From: Eubacteriales bacterium | GTDB lineage: Bacteria; Bacillota; Clostridia; Acetivibrionales; JANLFN01 | DNA: 64,000 nucleotides | Assembly (NCBI GenBank): GCA_024655885.1 | Contig: JANLFN010000003.1 | Span: 158,792-222,791 of the forward strand | Direction: 5' to 3' | Part shown: positions 34,467 through 42,589 of the stretch, piece by piece | Numbering within the stretch: the stretch's first letter is position 1 | How the letters are laid out: each line of letters starts with the position of its first letter | Made by a program: the position numbers and the translations under genes | Notes under the pieces: model-generated | Databases searched by the model: none | What the model was told of the DNA's origin: nothing | Seen by the model: only the letters and a program-made list of their open reading frames with translations

Positions 34467-36047
34467 TCAGTTCCCCCCGTTTAACCGATTAAAATATTCC
34501 AGCACCACCGGCTTTTCCCCGGAGGGTATTTCGTATTTGGAGACATACTCCATGCCCTCCTGCTTGAACTGCCTGTACAGGCTGTCCCTGTCCATGAGCT
34601 GGCCGGCGGTTTCCGCCACCCGGTCCGACTGCTTGCTCTTTATGTCTCCCTGCCCCTCCTGCCACTTTCCTTTCACCTGGGAGGCACTGCCGCCTTCCGG
34701 AGCGGGAAGGGCGGAGGCCTCGCTCCTGTCCACCTGTCCCTCGCGGCCTTTTTCGTCCCCGCCGCTGCCGTCCGAGACGCCTCCCCCGCCCTTCCCGTCG
34801 GGGCTTCGCACGGCCGTGTTGCCGGCTTCTCCCAGGGCGGTCCCCGAGGGGCTGCCGCCTCCGGCCTCTCCGTCTTTCATTCCCGCGTTTTCACCCTCGG
34901 TGAAGGCGCTGCTCTTCCGGTCCCGCCCGTCGCTGTCAAAGCCTTCCCGTCCCTTTGCCATCAGCCTTTCCTTCAGGCTCTGAAGCTTTGCTTCCGCCTC
35001 GTCCGCCGCCTCCGGCTCCTGTTTTTTTGCCAGGGCCCCGGTGAAAGCGTCCGAAAGCTTCTGTCCGTCCAGGACCCCCTTTTCCGCCGCCGCCTTCAGC
35101 TTTTCCAGGGCCTCCCCCCGGGGGGACGTGCTGTCCGCGTCGGCAGTGCTCTGGAGCCTCCGGATATTGTCCAGCATGCGCTGCTGTTCCTCACCGGTAA
35201 GGCTGAGGGCCTGCACCGCTTTGGCCGCATCTTCCGCTTTCCCCGACTCCAGCAGGGCTCTGGCTTCTCTATAGGGGCTGCCCATGCCGTCAAAGATGCC
35301 CGCCAGCCCTTTCAGGTCCTCTCCCGCCGCCTCCTTCCGCCGGGCCTCCAATTCCTTCTGGGCGGCGGAAACGTTCAGGGCCGCCTCCTCATAGCTATAG
35401 CCTGCGGCCAGCTTTTTTTGGAGGCTGCGGAGAATGTCCGGCGTCCTGTCCCGGGAAACGCCCTCTCCGGTCCCCTCCTCTTTTTCCTGCTCCGCCTGCT
35501 GCGCCAGCCGGGCCACGTTTTCCGCCTCCTCCTTCAAGTCCTGGTGGACCTGCTGCTTCAAAGCGGCCGCCCTGGTATTGGCGGAAGGGATAAAAAAGAC
35601 GCCTGCGGACAGGGCCGCCAGCAAAAGGGCCGCCAGCAGCCTTCTCCAGCCTATGCGCAGCCTGTACCTCTCGGCGGGGCGGAAGCCCTCCACCGCGTCC
35701 CGCACCTCCTCCCTGAAGGCCTCCAGCACAGGCCCCCTCCCCTCCCTGTACTCCAGGTAGGTGGACAGCCTGTCCATGAGGCCCAGGGCGTCTCCCGCCC
35801 GGGCCGCCGCCTCCAGGCCCGGCCGCATCAGCAGGCCCGCGGCAAGTCCTGCGGAAAGGATGAGCAGGGCGGCAAAGGCGCACTTGGGAAGCACCTGCAC
35901 AAGGATTACGGCGTGGGCGGCGGCCGCGAGGGCCAGGGCGCACAGGGCCCACGCCAGCAGCGCATTTATGGAGCACCGGAGGATATGCTCCAGCCACAGC
36001 CTGTTCCTGAGTTTTTTTACCGCAGCAAACACCGGGTCCTGCTTCAT
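34467..36047 (-). CDS. Membrane-anchored coiled-coil / low-complexity protein (unknown function, DUF4175-like architecture).
   Basis: Three N-terminal hydrophobic helices, then an Ala/Glu/Lys-rich coiled region and a Gly/Ser/Glu-rich tail. Abuts moxR with a 0-nt gap. Confidence 0.6.
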   Translation of the reverse strand: MKQDPVFAAVKKLRNRLWLEHILRCSINALLAWALCALALAAAAHAVILVQVLPKCAFAALLILSAGLAAGLLMRPGLEAAARAGDALGLMDRLSTYLEYREGRGPVLEAFREEVRDAVEGFRPAERYRLRIGWRRLLAALLLAALSAGVFFIPSANTRAAALKQQVHQDLKEEAENVARLAQQAEQEKEEGTGEGVSRDRTPDILRSLQKKLAAGYSYEEAALNVSAAQKELEARRKEAAGEDLKGLAGIFDGMGSPYREARALLESGKAEDAAKAVQALSLTGEEQQRMLDNIRRLQSTADADSTSPRGEALEKLKAAAEKGVLDGQKLSDAFTGALAKKQEPEAADEAEAKLQSLKERLMAKGREGFDSDGRDRKSSAFTEGENAGMKDGEAGGGSPSGTALGEAGNTAVRSPDGKGGGGVSDGSGGDEKGREGQVDRSEASALPAPEGGSASQVKGKWQEGQGDIKSKQSDRVAETAGQLMDRDSLYRQFKQEGMEYVSKYEIPSGEKPVVLEYFNRLNGGN

Positions 36048-36766
36048 GTCCTGTTTCGCCGCCTTTCTTTTACTTGGGGATATTTTATGGAAATTGCCAT
36101 GTTGACACAGGAAAATAAGGTCCAGAACAGCAGACAGGCGGGGTACGGCATGTAGCCGCCCTGCACCTGCCCGCCGGTCTGGGCGTTCAGCAGCCCGGCT
36201 GCGGAATGCAGCGGGTTCAAAAGAAATAAAAAGGGGATGCGTTTATCAAAAACCGTAGTGATGACAGTCCGGTTATACTCTACGAAAAAGTAGAGGAACA
36301 CGGGCAAGAGCACCAGTACGGCAAAAATGAAAACTGCGAGAAGGAAGCCTTTCCACTTTTTGATACGCAGGGCTTCCAGGGCACTCTTAAAGCTCAGCAG
36401 GCCCGTCCCCCAAAGGGCCTGTACCGCCAGCACCAGCATGAAATTCACGCCGCTCAGCTTTCCCAGCACCAAAATCATGAGGATGAGGGGGATGGGGGAA
36501 AGGGTGAATACCAGCACTCCCCCCAGCATTTTCAGGTATTTTCCCCGTCCGGCCCCGCCGGTCTTCCAGAAGGGCAAGAGCACCGAAAAGAGCACAAAGG
36601 AAAACAGCATAAAGTACATGTACGCTTTCCCCCAGGCCTCGGGATCATACCCTTCCGCCCTCATGGCCACCAGGAGGAAATAGGCTGTTGAAACCACCGA
36701 GAGCAGGGCGATATAGACTGTAATGATGAGCTTGTTTTCTTTTCCTATGTTCAAAATCTCTATCAT
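36044..36766 (-). CDS. Polytopic membrane protein (about 6 TM helices), unknown function.
   Basis: 240 aa, strongly hydrophobic, with ATGA-type overlaps on both sides. Confidence 0.65.
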   Translation of the reverse strand: MIEILNIGKENKLIITVYIALLSVVSTAYFLLVAMRAEGYDPEAWGKAYMYFMLFSFVLFSVLLPFWKTGGAGRGKYLKMLGGVLVFTLSPIPLILMILVLGKLSGVNFMLVLAVQALWGTGLLSFKSALEALRIKKWKGFLLAVFIFAVLVLLPVFLYFFVEYNRTVITTVFDKRIPFLFLLNPLHSAAGLLNAQTGGQVQGGYMPYPACLLFWTLFSCVNMAISIKYPQVKERRRNRT

Positions 36767-38877
36767 GATTGGCCTCCCGCCGTCCCTTTTTCTCCCTTGG
36801 GATCATAGGCGCCCTTCAGGGAAATGTCGGGGAGGATGACCCTGGAGGCCCCTGTGATTCTTATCTTAAGAGGGCCCCCTGCTGTGCACCGGTCCAGGGA
36901 ATCCCCTGAAAGGCTGTTTCCTTCCAATTCCCGCCATGACCCCTGCTTCCGGTCAAAGACCTCCAGAGTGCCGGCGCCCTTTTCAGGCACGCCGTAGAAT
37001 TGGATTTCCTCCGCCCGGATGTCCGGGGGAAGCACATAGTACACCGGCAGCTCCTCCCCCTGCCCGGGGAGGTACTCCTTTTTCCCCGCCGGCGCCGTGT
37101 TCTCTCCGGGGTCGGGGACCGGCGCTATATAGCCGCAGGGGAAATAGACCTCCCCCTCCGGCGCATTCAGTTCCGCCGGGAAAACGTGGAGGACCGTGGA
37201 CCTTATACTCCGGGCCCTGCCGTCCACCTGCACCCTCTCGGTGCCGTCGGCAAAGCCCAAAAGCCTCCCCCCCGGGGCCCCGTCCTCCAGGCCGTAATAG
37301 TAGTGCTCAAACAGCAGCTGCTGTCCCTCCTCCATCCTGGCCGTCCTGGAAATGGTGTCCAGAAAATTGTACTCGCTTAGGCTTCTCAGGTTATGGTCAA
37401 GGCGGTACTTCACCCGGACCTCCTCCCTCCCCTCCAGGTCCCCCAGGGAAATCACCGTGTCTCCCAGGAGGAGGAAGCACTGACAGAGCTTGTAGGGAAG
37501 GGGGTTTTTAATTTTCCCCGTCAGCACCTCTCCCTGGTCCAGGTCCAGCTTGAATACGGCGGCCTCCGACGGTTCCAGGCCCATGCCGTAGGCGTAGTGA
37601 GGGCCCTTCCCCGCAAAGCCGGATTCCATCTCCAGGGGGTCCTCCACCCCCTGGTCCTGGCCGCAGTTGCACAGGAAGGAGGCTTCCGGCCACTTCAGGG
37701 AAATCTTCCCCTCCCCGCGGGGATAGACCCCTGTGAGGGTGTATCTCCTGGACGTATTTCCCTTTTCATGGATTTTGACCGCCGCCGCAGCGGCAGAGGT
37801 ATCCTGCACCCCTCCCCACAGGGCCGCTATGTAAAATATGCCGCAAAAGCCCGCCACCACGGCGGAAAAAAGCCAGTGGAGCTTTTTGTCCAGGCAGAGG
37901 GCCGTGCCCGCCGCCAGCAGGTACAGCGCCAGAAGGGACAGCAGGAAGAAAAGGGCATCGGCCGTAGGCCTGAGCCTTCCGTCCGACGCCGGATACAGCT
38001 TCTCCACCTCCCGCAGCTGCCGTGTGAGGCCGCTCTCTCCCACTATTTTGGAAATCCCATAGGGTGTGGCGTATTTTTGAAGCACCTCCTCCACAAATTC
38101 CGGCGTTTTGTTCTCCAGTCCCTCGGGTACGGGCACGATGACCCCGTCCCCCACGCTCCTGGGGCCGGTCAAGTCTTCAAACAGGCCTTTCATATTTTTA
38201 TAGGCGTACTGCCCCGCGCCCACCAGCAGGCAGTTGCCCCGTCTTATCCAGCGTTCCAGGGTTTTGCCGCTCTCCGCTGCCAGGTCCGTCCCATCGAAGT
38301 CGTCCACCAGGATAAAGTTGAAATTTTCAAGCTCTTCCCCGCTGTAGGCAAAATCCTTATCCAGCCGCACCACATGGGCTTTTTTCCCTCCCAGGGCGTC
38401 CAGGTCTATCCCCGCCGCATAGGCGAAGGTCTCGGGGGTATCGCTGAGGATGCCTATAAGCACGCTGTTTTCAGGCAGCATCTCAGGTGAAAAATCAGCG
38501 CCGGCCACCGCCTTTCCCCCGCTTTCAAGGCCGGCGGAAATTTTTGAGTCCGCCTTAAAGAAGGGAATGGAAAACACAAAGCTTTTTCTGCAATATTTTG
38601 GAATCTTTATCCCGTGGCTGTAGTTTCTTCCCTCCGCCACCACGGTCAGCGTCCCTTCCCAATCCTCTCCCGTCCCTTCTACCGAGACGGCCACCGGGTT
38701 GACTCCTCCCAGCCTGCACTTCCCGTCAAAGCCGGCTGCAATGGAAATGTTTATATTTTGAGCCCCATAGGCACAGGTGTGCGCTCCAAAAAGCCAGAGG
38801 ACCACCGTGAGAAAAATGGCCGTAAACAGCCTCAAGCCATATTTTCCGGTGATCTGTCCCGTTCTTTTACTCTCCAT
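36763..38877 (-). CDS. 704-aa membrane protein, unknown function: N-terminal exported domain, central TM pair, C-terminal beta-rich domain.
   Basis: Signal/anchor LFTAIFLTVVLWLFGAHTCAYG. Central helices FFLLSLLALYLLAAGTALCL and WLFSAVVAGFCGIFYIAALWG. The segment VLIGILSD...FNFILVDDFD...LERWIRRGNCLLVGAG is reminiscent of the GATase1-like domains in Bat/GldG-type proteins (weak). Confidence 0.55.
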   Translation of the reverse strand: MESKRTGQITGKYGLRLFTAIFLTVVLWLFGAHTCAYGAQNINISIAAGFDGKCRLGGVNPVAVSVEGTGEDWEGTLTVVAEGRNYSHGIKIPKYCRKSFVFSIPFFKADSKISAGLESGGKAVAGADFSPEMLPENSVLIGILSDTPETFAYAAGIDLDALGGKKAHVVRLDKDFAYSGEELENFNFILVDDFDGTDLAAESGKTLERWIRRGNCLLVGAGQYAYKNMKGLFEDLTGPRSVGDGVIVPVPEGLENKTPEFVEEVLQKYATPYGISKIVGESGLTRQLREVEKLYPASDGRLRPTADALFFLLSLLALYLLAAGTALCLDKKLHWLFSAVVAGFCGIFYIAALWGGVQDTSAAAAAVKIHEKGNTSRRYTLTGVYPRGEGKISLKWPEASFLCNCGQDQGVEDPLEMESGFAGKGPHYAYGMGLEPSEAAVFKLDLDQGEVLTGKIKNPLPYKLCQCFLLLGDTVISLGDLEGREEVRVKYRLDHNLRSLSEYNFLDTISRTARMEEGQQLLFEHYYYGLEDGAPGGRLLGFADGTERVQVDGRARSIRSTVLHVFPAELNAPEGEVYFPCGYIAPVPDPGENTAPAGKKEYLPGQGEELPVYYVLPPDIRAEEIQFYGVPEKGAGTLEVFDRKQGSWRELEGNSLSGDSLDRCTAGGPLKIRITGASRVILPDISLKGAYDPKGEKGTAGGQS

Positions 38878-40207
38878 AAGGTATGTTCGTCACCCCTTCT
38901 TCCGTCACCACCGCTCCAAAGCACCCCGTCAAAGCCTTGGGATTGTTCAAAAGGGTGTCTATGGCCAGCCTGTATCCCTGGAGGTCGGTGCCGGTGACCA
39001 GCCAGATGGGATTGATGCTCCCTATGGACGCTCCGTAGGCGTACACGGCCCCTGAATGGTCGTAGGTGGATATGGCCTTTCCTTTGAAGTTGAGGGCCTG
39101 CAGCTTTCGGTCTTCAAATTTGGCATAGACGCCCACCAGCTTGTTCTTGGCGTTGATGTCCTTCAGGTCCTCATTGTTTTGGGACAGCTCATCCCACACC
39201 CCCAGCAGGATGTAATACTTTTTCGGGGCCCTGATGATCCCGGGGTTGTAGGCTGCGGTATCCACCTGCTTGACCCCCTGGGCCGTCAGGCTTTCCTTCA
39301 GCTTCTGCGCATCCTCTTTGGTATCTTCGGTGTACATGATCACCGTCCCCGGGTTCTTTCCCATAAAGCCGCTCTTGAAGGGCTGGGGATAGGAGCCGAT
39401 GACGGCGGGAACAAACATGGTGAGGCTCCAGTCGTGGTAATCCCACCAGATGACATCCCCGGGCTGGGGCTTGTACTCCGCAACGCCTATGGGGGCCAGG
39501 ATGCCGTTGACCCAGTAGAACCAATCCAGCTTTTTCCGGTCCTTTCCCGTAAAGAAGGTGTATCCGGATTCCAGGCCGTTGATGGCATTCACGAAGCCTC
39601 CCCCGTAGGCCGTCTGGATGTCCAGGTTCCTGAACATGACCTCCATGCCCACTTCATCCCGGACCAGCCCCACATTTTTGGCAAAAATATTTTTGTGCCC
39701 GTAATCCCGGGTGACGATCAAATCCACATGGTACGGGCTCTCAATGTCCCCCGAGGCCTTATACTCCTTTGAGTTCTCTCCTGCGGGCCTGCCTTCCTGG
39801 TACTTGATCTCCCCCTGGACAGGACCCTTGTACCCTTTATAGGGACTGCCCGCCGCAGAGGCATCCCCGCCTTCCTTTTTCCCGGCGGCGGACCCCTTCC
39901 CCGTGCCTTCTCCCGCATTCCAGCCCGCGGATGAATCCGGACTGCCACCGGACAGGCCCGCTCCCTCGCCTGTTCCCGTGCTCTGCTGACCAGGGCCGGA
40001 GGTGTCCTCGGTACTTATCCCGCTTTCAGACAGGGCGGCCGCAGCCGTGGTTTCTCCGGCGGTTATCACCCCTGCCGCCGCGGTTTCACCGGCTTTATCC
40101 ATATTGGAAACGGTCCTAGGCTCCCCTCCCGTGCACCCGTTGATGGAAACCGCCGTCAGCACGGCTGCCATGAAAACGGCAGCCCTTTTCAAATACACTC
40201 TTTTCAT
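38867..40207 (-). CDS. Lipoprotein with a low-complexity linker, a DUF4430 (transcobalamin-like) domain and an extra C-terminal domain.
   Basis: AGGAGGG SD and lipobox AVSING|C. DUF4430 signature GFVNAINGLESG...LDWFYWVNGILAPIGVAEYKPQPGDVIWWDYHDW. Confidence 0.8.
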   Translation of the reverse strand: MKRVYLKRAAVFMAAVLTAVSINGCTGGEPRTVSNMDKAGETAAAGVITAGETTAAAALSESGISTEDTSGPGQQSTGTGEGAGLSGGSPDSSAGWNAGEGTGKGSAAGKKEGGDASAAGSPYKGYKGPVQGEIKYQEGRPAGENSKEYKASGDIESPYHVDLIVTRDYGHKNIFAKNVGLVRDEVGMEVMFRNLDIQTAYGGGFVNAINGLESGYTFFTGKDRKKLDWFYWVNGILAPIGVAEYKPQPGDVIWWDYHDWSLTMFVPAVIGSYPQPFKSGFMGKNPGTVIMYTEDTKEDAQKLKESLTAQGVKQVDTAAYNPGIIRAPKKYYILLGVWDELSQNNEDLKDINAKNKLVGVYAKFEDRKLQALNFKGKAISTYDHSGAVYAYGASIGSINPIWLVTGTDLQGYRLAIDTLLNNPKALTGCFGAVVTEEGVTNIPYGE

Positions 40208-40223
40208 CCGGCTTTCCCTCCTG

Positions 40224-40276
40224 AAAAAAACAACGGAAACACTACCTTATGATAGTGCTTCCGTTGTTCGGTCAGC
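40224..40276 (-). terminator. B-type module B3: a 16-bp hairpin plus U7 between the YezD-like ORF and the DUF4430 lipoprotein gene.
   Basis: Minus strand GCTGACCG-AACAACGGAAGCACTA-tcataagg-TAGTGTTTCCGTTGTT-TTTTT. It shares GCTGACCGAACAACGGAAGCACT with B1/B2 and ends 17 nt before ATG 40207. Confidence 0.7.
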
Positions 40277-40283
40277 ATTTACT

Positions 40284-40421
40284 CTAAAGTTTAATGGATT
40301 TTTTTAATTCCTCTACCCGTACAGGCTGTTTATCCTGTACAACAATTCTAACCTCGCCGTAGCCCGTATCGCGAATAATCCGGATGAGCTTTTCCTCCTT
40401 CTCGGTCAGGCCCCTGTCCAC
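40284..40421 (-). CDS. YezD-like (DUF2292-type) small protein, ~45 aa, first cistron after riboswitch RS3.
   Basis: GTG 40421 follows AAGAGGGGGG. The sequence LTEKEEKLIRIIRDTGYGEVRIVVQDKQPVRVEELKKSIKL parallels the ORF at 23618. The longer track ORF (to 40580) runs into the riboswitch aptamer. Confidence 0.5.
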   Translation of the reverse strand: MDRGLTEKEEKLIRIIRDTGYGEVRIVVQDKQPVRVEELKKSIKL

Positions 40422-40544
40422 ATCCCCCCTCTTTTTCCCTTTGATATCCCTTTCCCATTGGGTCTCAAAGCCGTCCCACGGCTCCAGGCAATGGCCTGCA
40501 GGCTCCTTTAAGGCTGCGGCAGGCTCCTTTTGATAAGCCACTAC

Positions 40545-40762
40545 AAGACACCCCCCTATTCCTCGTAGAGTCGATGGCATTTGGAAACAGGCAGGTCTTC
40601 TGGCTCAAGCCTCATCATCTCCCCTGCCTTCCCGGTTCATCAGTGGCATTCCTGGGGAGACTCCTCTTTTACAGCGGCGGGACCGCGCAGGTTTCTCACC
40701 CGACTTCCCTTTTCACCGGCCCGTAATTACACCTAAATCACGGCCGGCACCTGAGTCCTCCT
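40545..40762 (-). promoter_or_regulatory. Cobalamin riboswitch RS3 (no obvious intrinsic terminator).
   Basis: B12 box AGCCAGAAGACCTGCC = 40590-40605. Core GGGAAGTCGGGTGAGAAACCTGCGCGGTCCCGCCGCTGT. GCCACTG and GGGAAGG are present. Confidence 0.9.
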
Positions 40763-40787
40763 ATTCAATTTTTTGCGGTTACATTAT

Positions 40788-41603
40788 CTATCTAAATGTG
40801 GTATCCATATTGCCGGCCGTGCCCTCCTGCATGCGTGCGTCCCTGCAGTTTTTTACAAACTCCAGCACGGCGTCAATGGCATTGGCCTTGTGGCCATGGA
40901 CCACTTCGGGTCTTTCTATCATGATGACGGGTATACCCAGTTTTCTGGCCGCATTGATCTTCTCCATCACGCCTCCCGCATTTCCGCTCTCCTTTGTCAC
41001 CATTGCGGAGGCATTGCAGTATTTTAGCAGTGCGATGTTCAATTCTTCGGTAAACGGGCCTTTCATGGCAATAATGTTCTTTGCGTTAAATCCCAGTTTT
41101 TCACATCTTGCAATCACATTGCTCTCCGGAAGCACCCTCAGGTAAACCCGGTTCCTGTAGTCCGGGATTTTCACGAAGGCTTCCATTTTTCCGCTTCCCA
41201 CCGTCAGCAGGATATTTCCTTCAAGGAAACACAGCTTTTGCACCGCCTGTTCGTAGTCTTTCACTTTTACAATATCGGTGCCCGTGTACACCGTTTCTTC
41301 CCTTTCAAAGCGTATGTACGGCACGTTCCTTCTTTTACAGGCATCTACCGCATTCTGGGAGGCCTCCCTGGCGAAAGGGTGGGAAGCGTCCACCAGGCAC
41401 AGGGGCTTTGTTTCACTGAGAAGGCCCGCCAGCCATCGGAGCGTGATCCGGCCCTCCCGCACGTCCACATTCCCCAACGGTTTGAGCAGATCACCGCCCA
41501 ACCGGGTGGTGACGGTAGCAACCACTTCTATATTCATTTTCAGCAGTTCTTCAATGACCTGTCTTGCATCCGCCGTTCCTGCGACAACGAGCACTTTTGG
41601 CAT
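40788..41603 (-). CDS. cobK: Precorrin-6A / cobalt-precorrin-6A reductase.
   Basis: MPKVLVVAGTADARQV..., CLVDASHPFAREASQNAVDACKRRNVPYIRFER, LTVGSGK, RVLP, IIAMKGPFTEELN, MVTKESGNAGG and LGIPVIMIERP follow the CobK/CbiJ pattern throughout. The start is placed at ATG 41603. Confidence 0.85.
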   Translation of the reverse strand: MPKVLVVAGTADARQVIEELLKMNIEVVATVTTRLGGDLLKPLGNVDVREGRITLRWLAGLLSETKPLCLVDASHPFAREASQNAVDACKRRNVPYIRFEREETVYTGTDIVKVKDYEQAVQKLCFLEGNILLTVGSGKMEAFVKIPDYRNRVYLRVLPESNVIARCEKLGFNAKNIIAMKGPFTEELNIALLKYCNASAMVTKESGNAGGVMEKINAARKLGIPVIMIERPEVVHGHKANAIDAVLEFVKNCRDARMQEGTAGNMDTTFR

Positions 41604-41625
41604 CTTATCCCCACAGCTATCCTCT

Positions 41626-42120
41626 TTAACAGTCATTTTCACTGCACTTGTAATCCATAATCCACCACTGGGCATACAATTTCGATTTTTTTAAAAAGGG
41701 GCCGATGAAGAGTTTTTTGTCATTCAGGCCTTCAGAGTCGGTGCGGGTATTAAAGTACGCACACAAGGTGTCTTCATCGATATTATGGATCCACTGGTCT
41801 ATTACTTTTTCAAAGGGGATATCCTCGCTGAAGATGGACTGGTCCTGATAAATGCTTACAATGTTGTACAGGTACAGCTCAAGCTTCAGAAGTTCACCCA
41901 CATTCTCAATATTCATTTTTTTCTCTACAATTTCCCTTACCCTGGATGCATAGGTGTCGTAGTATGCATTCAACTTCCTGTAAAACTCCACAACCTTCCT
42001 GTAATACTCATAGAAATATACATTGTTGATTTTTACTTTTACACTGTTTTTCTGGTTAAGATATCCAATTAATCCCGGTCTATATTCGGAAAATGGTATC
42101 TGGTAAAAATAGCGCTTCAT
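41626..42120 (-). CDS. Hypothetical cytoplasmic protein (164 aa, Tyr/Lys/Asn-rich, AT-rich gene), first gene after riboswitch RS4.
   Basis: ATG 42120 has AAGGAGG 6 nt upstream (the track ORF extends to 42201). No signal peptide and no motif I recognise. Confidence 0.6.
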   Translation of the reverse strand: MKRYFYQIPFSEYRPGLIGYLNQKNSVKVKINNVYFYEYYRKVVEFYRKLNAYYDTYASRVREIVEKKMNIENVGELLKLELYLYNIVSIYQDQSIFSEDIPFEKVIDQWIHNIDEDTLCAYFNTRTDSEGLNDKKLFIGPFLKKSKLYAQWWIMDYKCSENDC

Positions 42121-42225
42121 AAAATTCCTCCTTGCAAAGCAAAAATATTGGGCACCGGCAACCCTTCCTAGGCCCGGCGGCAAACCTGTTTTCCCACACA
42201 AAAAACAGTTCCGCCCCGGATAATA

Positions 42226-42512
42226 AAAAGCTCTCCGCTTTCAACCTTACAAGAAGGAAGCGGAGAGCTCAGCAATATGCCACTAAACCCATCTCCAATT
42301 GGTCCTCCATCTCTCGTAGAGTTACACGGTATAATAAAACAGGCAGGTCTTCTGGCTTAAGCGTCATCATCTCCTCTGCCTTCCCGGTTTAGCAGTGGCA
42401 TTCTCAGGGAGACTCTTCTCATACAGCGGCGGGACCGCGCGGGATTTTTACCCGACTTCCCTTTTCATCAGCTACGGTTCTATCCGTTAAAAACATAGCT
42501 GACACCTGTTTT
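42226..42512 (-). promoter_or_regulatory. Cobalamin riboswitch RS4 (aptamer ~42310-42512) with a 12-bp terminator (42226-42270).
   Basis: B12 box AGCCAGAAGACCTGCC = 42342-42357. Core GGGAAGTCGGGTAAAAATCCCGCGCGGTCCCGCCGCTGT. Terminator AGCTCTCCGCTT-N18-AAGCGGAGAGCT plus TTTTT. Confidence 0.9.
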
Positions 42513-42589
42513 TATTATTTAATTATTATTATATTTTATCATGCTTTCGTTTACAATGCAATCTTTTATTTATTATTGTAAATTTTTAT

